Assembly (NCBI GenBank): GCA_048772705.1
Contig: JBLWGC010000092.1
Span: forward strand, 124,001-188,000
Source: Leidyana gryllorum EB-2025a
Taxonomy: Eukaryota > Protista > Apicomplexa
Direction: 5' to 3'
DNA length: 64,000 bases
In this document: one piece after another, positions 22,841 to 34,692 of the stretch
Layout: each line of letters starts with the position of its first letter
How positions within the stretch are numbered: the first letter of the stretch is position 1
Translations under genes and position numbers: made by a program
Notes under the pieces: generated by a model
What the model was told of the DNA's origin: nothing
The model's input: only the letters and a program-made list of their open reading frames with translations
Databases searched by the model: none

Positions 22841-23681
22841 ATGCCAGCTGATAGCGCCTTCCTCCTCTCGGACCTCACCATACTCGCTGAATAGTAAGAC
22901 TGTGATGATGGATGGGGGAGAGAGAGTCAACGGCCCGCTTCAGTGCGATCCTAAGCGACTGGTTAGTCGACCACGTTGTGGTCCTCCCTACAGACTCGCA
23001 TGAAGGTACGTCTGTCTTATTTCCCCCGACCCATAGCGACCTGTAACAGATTGGGTGGGATTGGTGCTGCCGACAGAAGGCCGATTTGTCGGAAGGGCGC
23101 TCCGATTCACCGTCAACTTCCCCCCGAACTATCCCAATTCGTCTCCCGCGGTATATTTTGAACCACCCATTGAGCACCCGCTGGTAAAGTCTGAGGATGG
23201 AGAGCTGAACCTAAGTGTAAGCGACACTGTCACCCAAAGTTGTTATTAATTGAACACACTGATCTGATGACAGGGCCACATTGCCAAATGGGATCCCCAG
23301 AAACACTGTATAGTTCAGGTGCTATCCTTCCTGCGCCGTATATTCTTTGACTCTTCACTGATTCCGCCTGGCCATCCAGGCTTTGATCTGCACAAAGTCC
23401 CCTCCGGTGACGACGGGGGTGTGGGAAAAGGGGCTGATGATGACGACCTCATCATTCCGGCGGACCCGATGCAACTCGAGGCGCCCCCGGCTTGGATAGA
23501 AGAAGCCGTCCAACAAGCTCAACTCGATGTCAAGGAGAAGGGGGGAGAGACTGGACGGGCTCTGTGGTGTCGGAGTGCCGGCTACCGCAGCCTCGAAGCC
23601 GCTGGCATGGAAGAAGCGGTTGACGATCTATTCACAAAGTTCAGTCAGTACTATACTCCACGTCCCGAGGGTAGTGGGTAA
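22841..23681 (+). CDS. AKTIP/FTS-like ubiquitin E2 variant lacking the catalytic Cys; 3 introns
   Basis: ILAEY, WVGLVL..GRF..RFTVNFPPNYP, HPLVKSEDGELNL, KWDPQKHCIVQVLSFLRRIF. Confidence 0.75.
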
Positions 23682-23962
23682 CAGACGAAAGTATCTGTCA
23701 GTAAATAATGAAATCCTGAGCAAGTCAACCTCTCAATCTATTAGGAAAGTCCGTTGAATTGGGTTTTAGTGCCGCCGCTCTCTTGTCGGTCAGACGCTGA
23801 AAATTGTTCAATCCCCTTCTGTAGTGGAGCTACGCACGGCCGGCTGTGTCGTCGTCGTCGTCGTCTCGAGCTCGAACTCGAGCCAGTCACCTCCGCCAGT
23901 TGCAATACACAAAGTCTGCTCGCCCAATGCCTTACTTTACTGTCGGTTTGTCCTCTCGCCGG

Positions 23963-26900
23963 TTAGGTCGCTGTGCAGGCGCATCGAGTCCCAGCGTCCT
24001 GTTGTCGAACAATGTCCATCAACTTGGTTGTGAGTGACGTACCACTGCTCGGAGGCCTGTCGTCCTCTTTGGCCCGCCCCACCGGCTTCTGTTTGGGCGG
24101 CTGTGGCGTAACATCATTGTAACCTCGACTGGGAGAGGTGGCTCCTGTTGCCCTCGTGTACGTGTGCCGAGTCAGGCGAGGCCGCGTCATCTGTGGAGGG
24201 GGAACTACATTGGGAGAGAGCGAACGCGTTCGGTTGGTTGCGGGGGTCTGAGCCTCTGAGTAGCCCGAGAGGCGACTCGTGGGGTCCAAGCTGCGTTCGG
24301 AGGTGTCCCCGTTTGACCTGAAGGCGGCAGACGACCCCAAGCGCGGAATCGCGCCGGCTGATGGGGCATCTTCCAGGGTGGGAGATAACCCGCGGGCGGC
24401 GAGGTTCTCGTGATTGGCGGCGGCTCTGCTCCGGAGGCTCTCGGAGCACATCGTTGCATTGGTTTGCTGAGAAAGGCATAGTCAGGGATGGCACTGATTT
24501 CGGATGAGGGACACGCAACATCTGATGATGATCCACACAAAGTGTCGGCGCCGCGTGACCATTCTCGCCACAACGTGAACTGACTGACTGATCAAACCGC
24601 CTCGCGAGGAGTCTCCTCGCAGTCTGTGTTGGCTGTGTAAAGTCAGCTCCTTCTCATCAAATGCGTTGTATTACGTGTGTGTGTGTGTGTGTGTGTGTGT
24701 GTCTAGTCTGGAGGACCCGGAGAATAAATAGGCTGAGGCTCTCGCGGGGGGGAGCGAGCATCAGTCAGAGTCGCCAGCCAGGGCTTCTGCCCACTCAGTC
24801 AGTCGTTCAGTGAATTAATTTCAATGTTCAGTGACAATGTGTTCGTATATATATAGAGACAGACGTGGTATGTATATGCGTATGTATATACGTAAGCGAG
24901 CGAGCGAGCGTATAGGTCAACGGGTGCCCGCCATGAGATGCTCAAGAAGATCGAAGGATTCGGATGAGGAGAGGGGAAAGAGGGGTGGCAGCGTTTCGGC
25001 ACTTACGGGGAAGCTTGGAGAGTCGGAGTATCTTTGGACAAGAGAGGTGCGGGCGATCTGTGGCCGTCTGGTGTTGAGCGTTTCGGCGGTGGCTGTGGTT
25101 GAGTATTTGAGGTAACTGTTCGCGCGGAGGAGGCGACAGGGCCCGAGGGAGAGGCGGATTGAGTTGTTCTCCGTGTCCGATCGGTAAAACGGCTGGAGGG
25201 TACGTCGTTCCGGGGTCGTAGCGTGGGGCGACTGGGCGGTGCGGGTGTGTGATTTCGCTCGGAGGTGCGTGGAAATCTGCGCTGGAGTGCATTGGGCTTA
25301 AAACAGGGCGTACATACCGATTGGTCTCCAGACTGAGATCCTTGGGCCACGAAGGGGGGTGGCGGTAGCGGGACCGACATCTGCTGGAGGGGTCCGGATA
25401 AGAGGAGAGACTCTTCGAGACTGCTGGCGGACTCCATGAGACTGTTACCAAACTGAGCGCTACGATTGGCGAAATCAAACGGCCGATCGCTCTGCGTGGG
25501 GTCCATGTGTGGCGGCGTGAAAGTCGGAGACATCACCACACGGTGGCTTAATCTCTCAATACTTGATCGCGAGGGCGTGGCAATTTTGGGTGTAGCAATA
25601 CCGTACGCAGGATACTCGTCATTGCGTTTACCCATTCCCATCATAGCGGGGGCAGCGAGTGTCAATGTGTCAGGAGTACTGGGAGGAGCGGGTGGAAGGA
25701 GACCGGAAGAAGTGAGGGAAACCTTCTGATTAGAGGACCCTTTGACCTTCTTGGGACTTGACCTTGATCGGCTGAGCTGTTCTAAGGCGGCAATCATATT
25801 TCTCTCAATTTGCAGACGTTGCAATTCACGTTCCTAAAGGTGGAAGTGTGGAGGGGTCGAAGTGTGGAGGGGTCGAAGGGTGGAACGGTGCAAGGCGGCG
25901 GCAATTGGCATCGAAACCGATTAGCTCAAAACTGCCGGAGACCTACTTTGGTTGCTTCACGGAAGTTAATGCGCTCTGCCGTCGAAGGGATGAGCTTAAC
26001 GGCTCGAGTTCGTTCATTCTTGTCGCCACTCATATAGACGTGTACTTCCCTCTGCTGTTGTAACACTGTTTCGGTCTCGGGTTCTCCGGGAGTGGTCGTC
26101 CGCTCGGTTTCAAGTGTCTCTTGTTCTTCGACCATTAGCATCTTCATATTGGCAGACTGATCACTCCCTGCAGACCTTCGCCGAGTTGTCTTGATAACGC
26201 GTGTTGTGACCACTGCTCGCTTTCGGCGAGTAACTGTGTATCCTCCTTCAATGAGTGAATTGGTTCTGTCGGGTGATTTGGAATCTGCTCGGACGAGTCT
26301 CCGCGACTCTCTTTTCCGAGCAGGCGGAGCCGCTTCACCAGCTCCGATGGCATGACACAACGGTTTGCCCAGACTATACCTTCGCCAGTAATCGTGAAGA
26401 TGCCGATACTGCGGAAACGAGTCTTCGTCAAACTCCTCCAATACTTCCCGAAACCCATTCCGTACGAGCGGTAAGGCCAGTATCTGAGATACTGAGGGTC
26501 GATTCTGAGGATTCACAGACAACATAAGGCACGTCAGATCCAGAAAGACCAGCGCTTTCGACTCGACACCATGACTGCTGGAGTTGACGGAGTGACTCGG
26601 TACTCTGAACATCTTCCGCCACCGCGACTTGTATCGCTCGCGATCATTGTCATACGCCATAATGGACTCGTGAATGCGCTCCAAGTTGTCCTCGTGGAAA
26701 GCATGTTCTAACGTATAGATCTGAAATAGTACACATCCCAATGACCAAATATCAGACTTTTCGTCGTATGGCAAATGCCGATGAATCTCTGGAGCCCTAT
26801 ATTCAGTGAGATTGAGATCAATACCAACTCGCAACGTACATAAAATACGGCGAGCCCACCAAAGTCTTGGCCATCTCGTCCGTTAGTTGCTTGGCAATGC

Positions 26901-27867
26901 CAAAGTCACCCAACTTAACCACACCTTTTGCAGTCAGAAATATGTTGCGGCTTTTGATGTCGCGATGCAGAATACGCTGACCGTGCACATATTTCAGCGC
27001 CAACAGCATCTGTATGAAGATCAGCCAACAATCAATATCAGCAAAGTGTCCTGATCGACTCTTAAAGACGTCCGCCGCAAATCGAGGTGTGTCTCGGAGG
27101 GGTTCGTTGCTTCGCGCATTGTGCGGACTGTCCACTTGACCGTCTCGTAGCTGCGGAGTCTAAAGCAATGATCAACAAGATTAATCACAGTGTCTCGCAA
27201 ACGATCAAAACGCGCGCGGACACACACACGCACTTACAGTCCGGTTGGCTAATCGCGGGTGTCTTCTGTGTATTTCTGAGTTCAAATCCCCCCCTTCGGC
27301 GTACTCCATGACAATGTGAACGACCGTTTCCGTGAAGAATGCCCGGGTGGTCCCGGGAGAGTTGTGAGCACCAATGTGAGTAGTATTACGTCGCTCTGTA
27401 ACATAGTGGTCGTAGTATTTGACGATGTTGGGATGATCGACATCTTGGAGGAAGCGACACTCGTTGAAGGCTGACCTTTAAAGATGTGAAAGAGCACAAG
27501 TTCAACTTGAGCAGCTCTCACCGCATCTTGGGAGTCATAACATCCTCAACTCTTCCGCGATCCTTTGCAGCTGGAATCGAAAGGGCAAAGATGCGATAGC
27601 TTACGGCTGCTTACCACCGCGCGATTGAGATGTCGTTTGCACCTGTTTGATAACAACCAAACCGCCGAGTTTCAAGTCCTCAGCCAAGTAGCAGACCCCG
27701 CATGACCCCCGGCCTATTTGTTGCCCGAGACGATATCGTTTGCTCTCTTGTTCGATATCTTCTGGGAGATCTGTAGACGTCACCCATCGATCCTTCTTTG
27801 AGAGTTCTGTCCCTCCCCCGCCGCCAGGCGAGCTTCGGAGGGGAGTTGCGTTTCCTGGGACTAACAT
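23963..27867 (-). CDS. NIMA-related (NEK) kinase with long low-complexity C-terminal tail; attachment of exons below 25003 is uncertain
   Basis: [62 protein letters not shown]. Confidence 0.88.
24676..24702. repeat. (GT)n microsatellite in a non-coding stretch
   Basis: Read directly from sequence. Confidence 0.9.
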
Positions 27868-27940
27868 TTATCTCTATTGTTCGTCTCTGCTCTCTTTAAA
27901 GCATGATAGTTGGGCAAAATTCATTCTCAAGTGTATAAAA

Positions 27941-30900
27941 CTAAGACTGTCTTTCACGGGGCAAAGGGACTGCGCCAGCTAAGGGGCGAACACCTTCGGG
28001 CCCTTTCAATGTGGGATTTCGGAAGAACAGCTTGGAATCTTGTGACCTGAAGGTCGACAACTGCGGAGGCACGGGAAGTGCTGGCGAGGTCGGGGGCTTA
28101 GCAGTGGTCGTGCCGTCATCGGTGCTGCTCGGGAAGCCGAAGAGGGGATTCAATGGCACGAAAGACAGGTCGTGCGATTGGGCATACAAATCACCAAGCG
28201 CTTCGGCAACCTCCATCCCCGCCAAACCCAGCAATCTGTCAATGAACTGCTGGTGGATGAGAATGAGGGGCAAATCGTTCCGCTTCCGGCCGAAAGGTTG
28301 CTGCATCGCTATCACCGCCAGAAAGATTCCGTGAAACAGTCCAGCTGTAACTCCTGTAAGCACCAGGGCAAATGACAAACTCGGGGCAAAAGCAGCAATG
28401 CATATTGGGGAGATGACCAGAACGATCAAATCCGACCATCCCAGACTCTGTTGGAGACTGATTGGCAGTCGATTCTCCGCGCATCGCCGAGCCCCAGCAT
28501 AGTTCAAAAGGGCTAAATTCATTTGAGCCCAAATTTGAGCCGCAATAGGAGGAGCAGCACGAATACCGCCATTCAGATGGCGATTCGAAATGGCCACATT
28601 CATCCAATGAAACACGGTGTTCGGCTGGTCATGAGATTGTGCTAACGCCGAGCTCTCTTCCTTAGTCAACCCTCCTGAATAGATCTCTGTTGCTCAAGAC
28701 AGACTCATGATACACCTACCCAGAACCTCTAGAGGAACAGAAGGGGCTCGATCCACCGTGAGGAGATTCTGAATTGCAACTGCGTGGAAGATCGACATCA
28801 CGTGAAGGACTTGAGCGTGAAATGTTGATGATGTTACTCCCTCTTGTACGGAGTCTTGGTCAAAGGACATTATCATTGATGCAACGTGCAACAGGTACTG
28901 CGACATATCAGTGAGCTTGGTTATGCTCTCCCAAAAGCGCGTGTATGCCATGTTGACGGCGAAAGCTAAAATCAGACCGGCAGTCTGCAGCAACAAAAGT
29001 CATTGGAAAATCGACAGGGCAATACACGCGTGTGTCACACAACAATATAACGCGCACACGCCGTATGGACACCACATAGGTCACTATCGCCATTCAGACA
29101 CCGACAGAACGAAGATTGTTACAAGCAATCGCGTTTTACGATATCATGCATCGCCGATTGGCGAGAATTATGTACAGACGATCCGTCCGAGCGCGTTAAC
29201 GAGCTATCACCAGTCAAAGCATTGGGATTTTTCGATGACTTGGTCGCCGTGGCCGTGGAATTGGAAATCCCAAACATGTCTCACGCCTTCGGAAACAGAA
29301 GTATAGCTGGCGGTAGTTTTCGGTCAAGATCTCTTCTTGATATATGGGGCGGTGACTCTTCCGCCTACATGATAGGTGTCTCTGACGGAAAGCGTGTCGA
29401 CGCTAGTAACATGTGTTGGGCCCCCAACACACGTCAGGGTACAAATAACGTCATTGAAGTGTTTGAAGACGAGCGCTACTACTCCAAATGCCCAAAGGAC
29501 AATACGTTTCCAATCTCCACCTCACCTCCTCGACCACGGGCGTGCCAACCAGCACACCGACCAACCACTCGTCGGCCCTCCGTCCCATCACCACGCAGGA
29601 ATCCACGACCGCCACTGAATGTCGCAGCGGGGACGAACAGGAAGGCGATGGACTCGACCCTCAAACGAAGACACATCAGTATGGCTTCCAAATCGCGATA
29701 TATTTCTCGCGATCTGGAGAGCCCGAGAAGATATCCTCTGAAGATGCCCGATTTGCCACCAGAGATAGCTGGACCGTGGTACGCAGCAGTACACAGCAAG
29801 TCATCTTCGAACAACATGACAGGATGGGAACACACAGCGATGGAGATTCCACCCAAGCGCAGGCGTGCTTGCTTTGAGCGACCACCGGCTGCTCCAGAGA
29901 GGGCGAAGGCCTCCGCAGGAGCCGTCAGAACAACGCCGACCGGCCCGACGACCGCCAGCGACAAGCCGCACAGCGGTTTTGCCAACTTGTCGACTTCCGG
30001 TCGGCTGACGGGTGTCCCGCCAGCATCCCCCAAGCCGGAACCCAAGAAGGAGGAGACCAAGAAGGAGCCGGAGTCCGAGATACCGGGGCCCAAGAAAGCG
30101 GAGGCCAGGAGAGCCGAGCCCCAGAGACCCGACCCCAAGGCACCAGAAGCCAAGAAGGAAGAGGTTAAGAAGGATGAGGTCAAGAGGGACCTAAGTCCTA
30201 CTCCCATGGTTTATCGAGCGGTATGGAGCCGGAGTCCCGCGAGGCACGCTGTCGAAACTCCGATTATCTCTCCCACATCCTCAAGGGAGGAGGGAGAAAT
30301 GACAGACTCCGCCAAGTTCCACAATACAAGTACACCTGCCGTTTCGCAATCTCCGGGGGTCGGGTTGAGCGGTCCGCCATCTTCAGGATCTCCGGGGGTC
30401 GGGTTTAGCGGTCCGCCATCTTCGGGATCTCCGGGGGTCGGGTTTGGCGGTCCGCCATCTTCGGGATCTCCGGGGGTCGGGTTTGGCGGTCCGCCAAGTC
30501 TGGATCTGGCTTTGCCCGGGTTAGCCGTATCCCCGCCGAGGCGCCTTCTTCAACCTCAACTGCGAACGCTGAGCTCAATCATTCGTGAGACTCAGCCCGC
30601 TGCGCCGAAACCGCGGGCGCATGCTGCTGCAGGAAGGGCTGCCCCCGTTTCCTCTGTTCGCGAAGTTCGTATCGAGTCGCCCAAACCGGTAAGAACGGTC
30701 ACAAGACGGCCTGGAGACGGAGAGCCACCTATTCCCCGAGATCTCGGGAACTTGTCGTGGGACGCAGCTCGCAAATCAAATCACCGATTCAAACATAGCA
30801 TAGGTCCAATTCTCGTGCGAGCTCCAGTGGTGGGCCAATCCGCACCGGATGCCTTATCGACATCTCCGGGGACCCATAATGAAATATGGCTACTGAGCTC

Positions 30901-31596
30901 CGAAGAGGAGGATGAGCCCCAAGAGTCTGACGGCTCCCATTCAGAAGAGTTTGAGTACATTCCGACTACTGCTGGTTTGGCAGGCTTGAAGCATACATCC
31001 GATTTTGTAGTCATGACTCCCCCCAAGGTGAAGATTCCGAAACGGAGACAACGGTGAGGTCAGCGACTCGCGCATCCGTTGTCACACCGTGGATTCGGGG
31101 ATGTCTCTCATATATTGCACAACAGCCAGCCAGAGAGCGACAGAAGTTGTCGTTTGATCGTCATCAACCACCACGTATACATACATTGACTGGTACACAT
31201 TAGGATAGAACGACGGGGTTCCCACTCGTCATATTGCAGTCGAGTAACGAACGAACGAACGAAGTCACAATCGTAAGCGCAGTAAGGTAAGTTTGGGGAA
31301 GGAGACACACACAGGCACATTATGTGGGGAGAGCAGTGCTGTTCGGATTGTCCACCTACCTGTAGGAAGAAACTGTAGATGGTGGGGTTGAGGATCATAA
31401 ATGTGGGTCTCGCATACTCTATGTACACCCAACAGAGGAACACCGAGGCTGCGATACCCAGGAATGCTCTTGGGTAGATGGTCCCTTGACCACGGAAGAG
31501 CAGGATCCATTGGTCATACCATTTCCGTAAGCGATACTGACTGGAAACTGGTTCATTGATGGTGTCCATAGCTTTTCTCTTAGTATGGTGCTTCAT
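27941..31596 (-). CDS. Bestrophin-like (UPF0187/RFP-TM) anion channel; exon 1 31596-31360, intron 31359-28985, short intron near 28718-28676
   Basis: LLFRGQGTIYPR (exon 1), LILAFAVNMAYTRFWE, MQQPFGRKRNDLPL; phase-0 CAG|GTAGGT donor and CTGCAG|ACT acceptor. Confidence 0.82.
29276..31057 (+). CDS. Intronless Pro/Ser/Lys-rich disordered protein nested antisense in the bestrophin intron
   Basis: About 593-codon ORF from first ATG; coding-like KKEE repeats and in-frame 39-nt repeats. Confidence 0.75.
   Translation: MSHAFGNRSIAGGSFRSRSLLDIWGGDSSAYMIGVSDGKRVDASNMCWAPNTRQGTNNVIEVFEDERYYSKCPKDNTFPISTSPPRPRACQPAHRPTTRRPSVPSPRRNPRPPLNVAAGTNRKAMDSTLKRRHISMASKSRYISRDLESPRRYPLKMPDLPPEIAGPWYAAVHSKSSSNNMTGWEHTAMEIPPKRRRACFERPPAAPERAKASAGAVRTTPTGPTTASDKPHSGFANLSTSGRLTGVPPASPKPEPKKEETKKEPESEIPGPKKAEARRAEPQRPDPKAPEAKKEEVKKDEVKRDLSPTPMVYRAVWSRSPARHAVETPIISPTSSREEGEMTDSAKFHNTSTPAVSQSPGVGLSGPPSSGSPGVGFSGPPSSGSPGVGFGGPPSSGSPGVGFGGPPSLDLALPGLAVSPPRRLLQPQLRTLSSIIRETQPAAPKPRAHAAAGRAAPVSSVREVRIESPKPVRTVTRRPGDGEPPIPRDLGNLSWDAARKSNHRFKHSIGPILVRAPVVGQSAPDALSTSPGTHNEIWLLSSEEEDEPQESDGSHSEEFEYIPTTAGLAGLKHTSDFVVMTPPKVKIPKRRQR
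30349..30496 (+). repeat. In-frame 39-nt tandem repeat (about 3.8 copies) encoding SPGVG(L/F)(S/G)GPPSSG
   Basis: Read directly from sequence. Confidence 0.95.
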
Positions 31597-31925
31597 CTGA
31601 TCAGTTAGTTGATGAGTTTAGAAAAACAGAGGAGCAATTCGTTTCCTCTTACACCACGCTTCGATTAGATTCACAAACGAGTGCGGCTTCGCCGCCAGCC
31701 CCGAGGCGGCCCTCGCGGCAGCCGCCTTTGGGTAGGAAGACGAGTGTCATTCGAAACCCAAACCCGTTGGGTGATGGCACACCGCTCGCGTCAAGCCGTG
31801 CGTCCCCGCAGACGGCTCGATCGGTGAGTCGAGCGGCCTGGCGCGATGTTTCTCCCCCTCGATCGGATCGCCGATCGGTAGGAGGAATACCCACGACTTT
31901 GACCGACCCCCACAGACGATGGGAG

Positions 31926-33068
31926 ATGGGTCGGCCGGTTACGGTGACGGTGTGGTCCGAATTGGTATTGGCAACGGGCCGGGTTCGGCAAGGCTCGCTA
32001 GGCGGGCGTACTAACCGGCTGGGATCGGTTTCTACAGAGCCGGGAGCGACGTTTCAAAATGCCTCGCCTCGACCTCCACGGGGGGAAGGTAGTTCTATTG
32101 GTCTGTCTACGCCCGAGGTACTGGTTCGTGGGGTCGAGATATCGATGCAGGAAGGTGCTGGGAGGTTCGTTGGCTTCATATTGAAGAGGAAGCCGCGCGG
32201 CAATGCAATGCTACCACAGATCCGTGTTGGAATCCCCGAAAGTTGCTCGGATTTGGCAGTGAGTGAGAGAGCGTGGGCTTATCTGGTCGCCTCTCGAGAC
32301 CGTCAACTGCACGTTGGAGCCATTAATTTGCGTTCGTTGTTCTCGCGGGTGTCCAACTACACTGCTGAGAACATCAAGCGAGTACGACACGAGGCGAAAG
32401 TTCAAGGTTACTGGCCGCGTTGTCGAATTGAAGCGGAAACACACAACGAGTCGGATGTTATCTGGCTTTGTCATTATGAGAAGAGCGCCTCCAAGTCTGA
32501 GACGGGATTGGATGGGCCACGGCGTGGACGCATCCGTCGTGATCTGTGCGTTTCATCTGGCGGTCTGAATTCTCCGCACTTGTGGCGATTCTTCTCGGAG
32601 ACTACGGGGTACAAACACCTCTACTGGTCAATTCGTCGATTTACGCGTCAACTGCAGAAACATTACTTCCATCACGCACCGAGCGAGATGACTCCGCCAC
32701 AGATGATGGTCCACCAGTGTATTGGAGTGGTGGGACCTGAGGCCGACTGGCGAGCCAAACTCGCTCCCCGCAATTTCGAGAAGGCCGCCTTGAGAGCTTC
32801 AATGTCCCTCCAGCACGATCACGATTCTACTCCGAGTCCGGCGTCCACTGCTGCGAGTTCTCCTGCCGCTTTGTCACCAATGGGTCAGCCTCTTCCACCT
32901 TGCTGGACCGATGAAGGTCCCACTTTCGAAAACCCCCCTCCGGCTATAATGTTAAGACGAGCCAAAGAGACTGACAGGGTATATCAAGGAGTTTGGAGTC
33001 CCATTGAGGAAGTATTTGGCACTGACACTAAACTCTCAAAGTCTAACTCGAGTCTCACTACACAGTAG
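31926..33068 (+). CDS. Hypothetical protein (frame open from 31728; first ATG 31926)
   Basis: 446-codon open frame; no motif recognised. Confidence 0.6.
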   Translation: MGRPVTVTVWSELVLATGRVRQGSLGGRTNRLGSVSTEPGATFQNASPRPPRGEGSSIGLSTPEVLVRGVEISMQEGAGRFVGFILKRKPRGNAMLPQIRVGIPESCSDLAVSERAWAYLVASRDRQLHVGAINLRSLFSRVSNYTAENIKRVRHEAKVQGYWPRCRIEAETHNESDVIWLCHYEKSASKSETGLDGPRRGRIRRDLCVSSGGLNSPHLWRFFSETTGYKHLYWSIRRFTRQLQKHYFHHAPSEMTPPQMMVHQCIGVVGPEADWRAKLAPRNFEKAALRASMSLQHDHDSTPSPASTAASSPAALSPMGQPLPPCWTDEGPTFENPPPAIMLRRAKETDRVYQGVWSPIEEVFGTDTKLSKSNSSLTTQ

Positions 33069-33086
33069 ATAAAAATCATTTTGGTC

Positions 33087-34675
33087 ATGACTTGTACGTA
33101 TTTCAATCAACAGAAACTTCTCGCTGCCTATTATGGTGACCTTAGAATGATGTACACTGTACTCAGTACCCCCACCGGCAGGTCAATTGTTCCCCTATGA
33201 TCTCGTCTTTTCATGGCTGAATCCGGGAGGGGCTCAAGCTGCCCCGCCCACCCATCGGGAGATCGGTATCTTTATGCAGAAGGAGGACAAGAAGGACATT
33301 ATTCGACGATGGCTGAGCTTCGCAGACCCACAGGCGTTGCGGACGATCCTTATGGATCACAAACCGATGCCTCACAAGTTTGACATTGGCGCTGTCTACA
33401 CCAAAGCAATAAGCGACCGCGACAATATCATGTTGGCCGACAGACCCTTCTTCCCACTATCTCGGGAGTTCGTTCTCGATATCGATATGGACGATTACGA
33501 CGAGATCCGGACCTGCTGTGAAGGCAAAAAGGTCTGCATAAAGTGCTGGCAGTATTTGGCAGCAGCGGCCCAGCTGTTAGACCGAACACTGAGGGAAGGT
33601 AAGATTGGATCAATCAATCCAGTTGCCACGTCTATTAACTATCACATCATTCTTCTGGTTCAAAGATGCCGGCTTCTCGGAGATCCTGTGGGTGTTCTCG
33701 GGCCGTCGCGGTATTCATTGTTGGGTAACTAATCAATTGGCCAAGAAAATGAACGCTGAGACACGCATTGGACTGGCACAGTATCTCGTCCTCATTCCGG
33801 TATCTGTTCAGCCTCACCGTCTGGCCGTAACACTTGGCGCAGAACACCAATCGGATGGCTGGATTCAAAATTAATGGACGCTATGAGCGGTGAGTGATAC
33901 TCACACTCCGAGGGAGCAAAATATTCCCTCTCTCTTTCTCCGTTATACAGCCGGGCGCTGGAAGTCCTCAAGCCGTATTGGCCCAAAATCCTTCGGGAAC
34001 AGAATTTGTTCTTCCATGAAGGCAAAGGCGACAAGATTCGAACGCGGATTTATGATCAACTCGCGCAACTCTGCACCGGCGTCGACAGTGAGCGACTTGA
34101 CTTGGTGACTCCTCCATTCGCCTCACCTCCCCCCCCCCCCGCAGTCCCGGCGATGCTCAAAGAGTTCCGCACTGGAGGATCGTGCTGGGGTGACAGCGAA
34201 GCGCTGTGGGCTGAGGTGGGAGTCGAATGAGTTTGTGTGTCTCCACCTTGTGCCCCCCCTGTGCGCAGACTGAAAAGTTCCTCAAGTCAAAGAGCACTCC
34301 CCAGAGATCATATGAAGACGCCTGTAGCTTTGTGATGCTGACCTGTTTGCAGCCGAGGTTAGATATAGGAGTATCGAAGGTACGTCTGGATGTCTCGATT
34401 TTGGGTGTGTGAGGTTGGCTGCACTGCAGGAAATGTCCCATCTGCTCAAGTCTCCCTTCTGTGTCCATCTGGCCACACTGAAGATCTGCTGCCCACTTCA
34501 GATAGACCAGATCGATCGATTTGATCCCAACTCAGTCCCCACACTCACACTGCAGCTTGTCGGCGATCAGAGAGAGCAGGCGCTGGAAGAGTTGCGGAGG
34601 CTCATGGATCCCTACAAGCAGATTATTCTTAGCGTCATAGACCAGCAGAGGAAGAATAGGAATTCTACAGCTTAG
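33087..34675 (+). CDS. PRIM1: DNA primase small (catalytic) subunit, multi-exon
   Basis: YYGQLFPY, KFDIGAVY, EFVLDIDMDDYDEIRTCC, WVFSGRRGIHCWV, PRLDIGVS, HLLKSPFCVH. Confidence 0.95.
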
Positions 34676-34692
34676 GTATTTTCAAGTCGACA

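Noticed and set aside
29479-30207. 242-aa minus ORF within the bestrophin intron
   Set aside because: Antisense mirror of the nested plus-strand gene's low-complexity region
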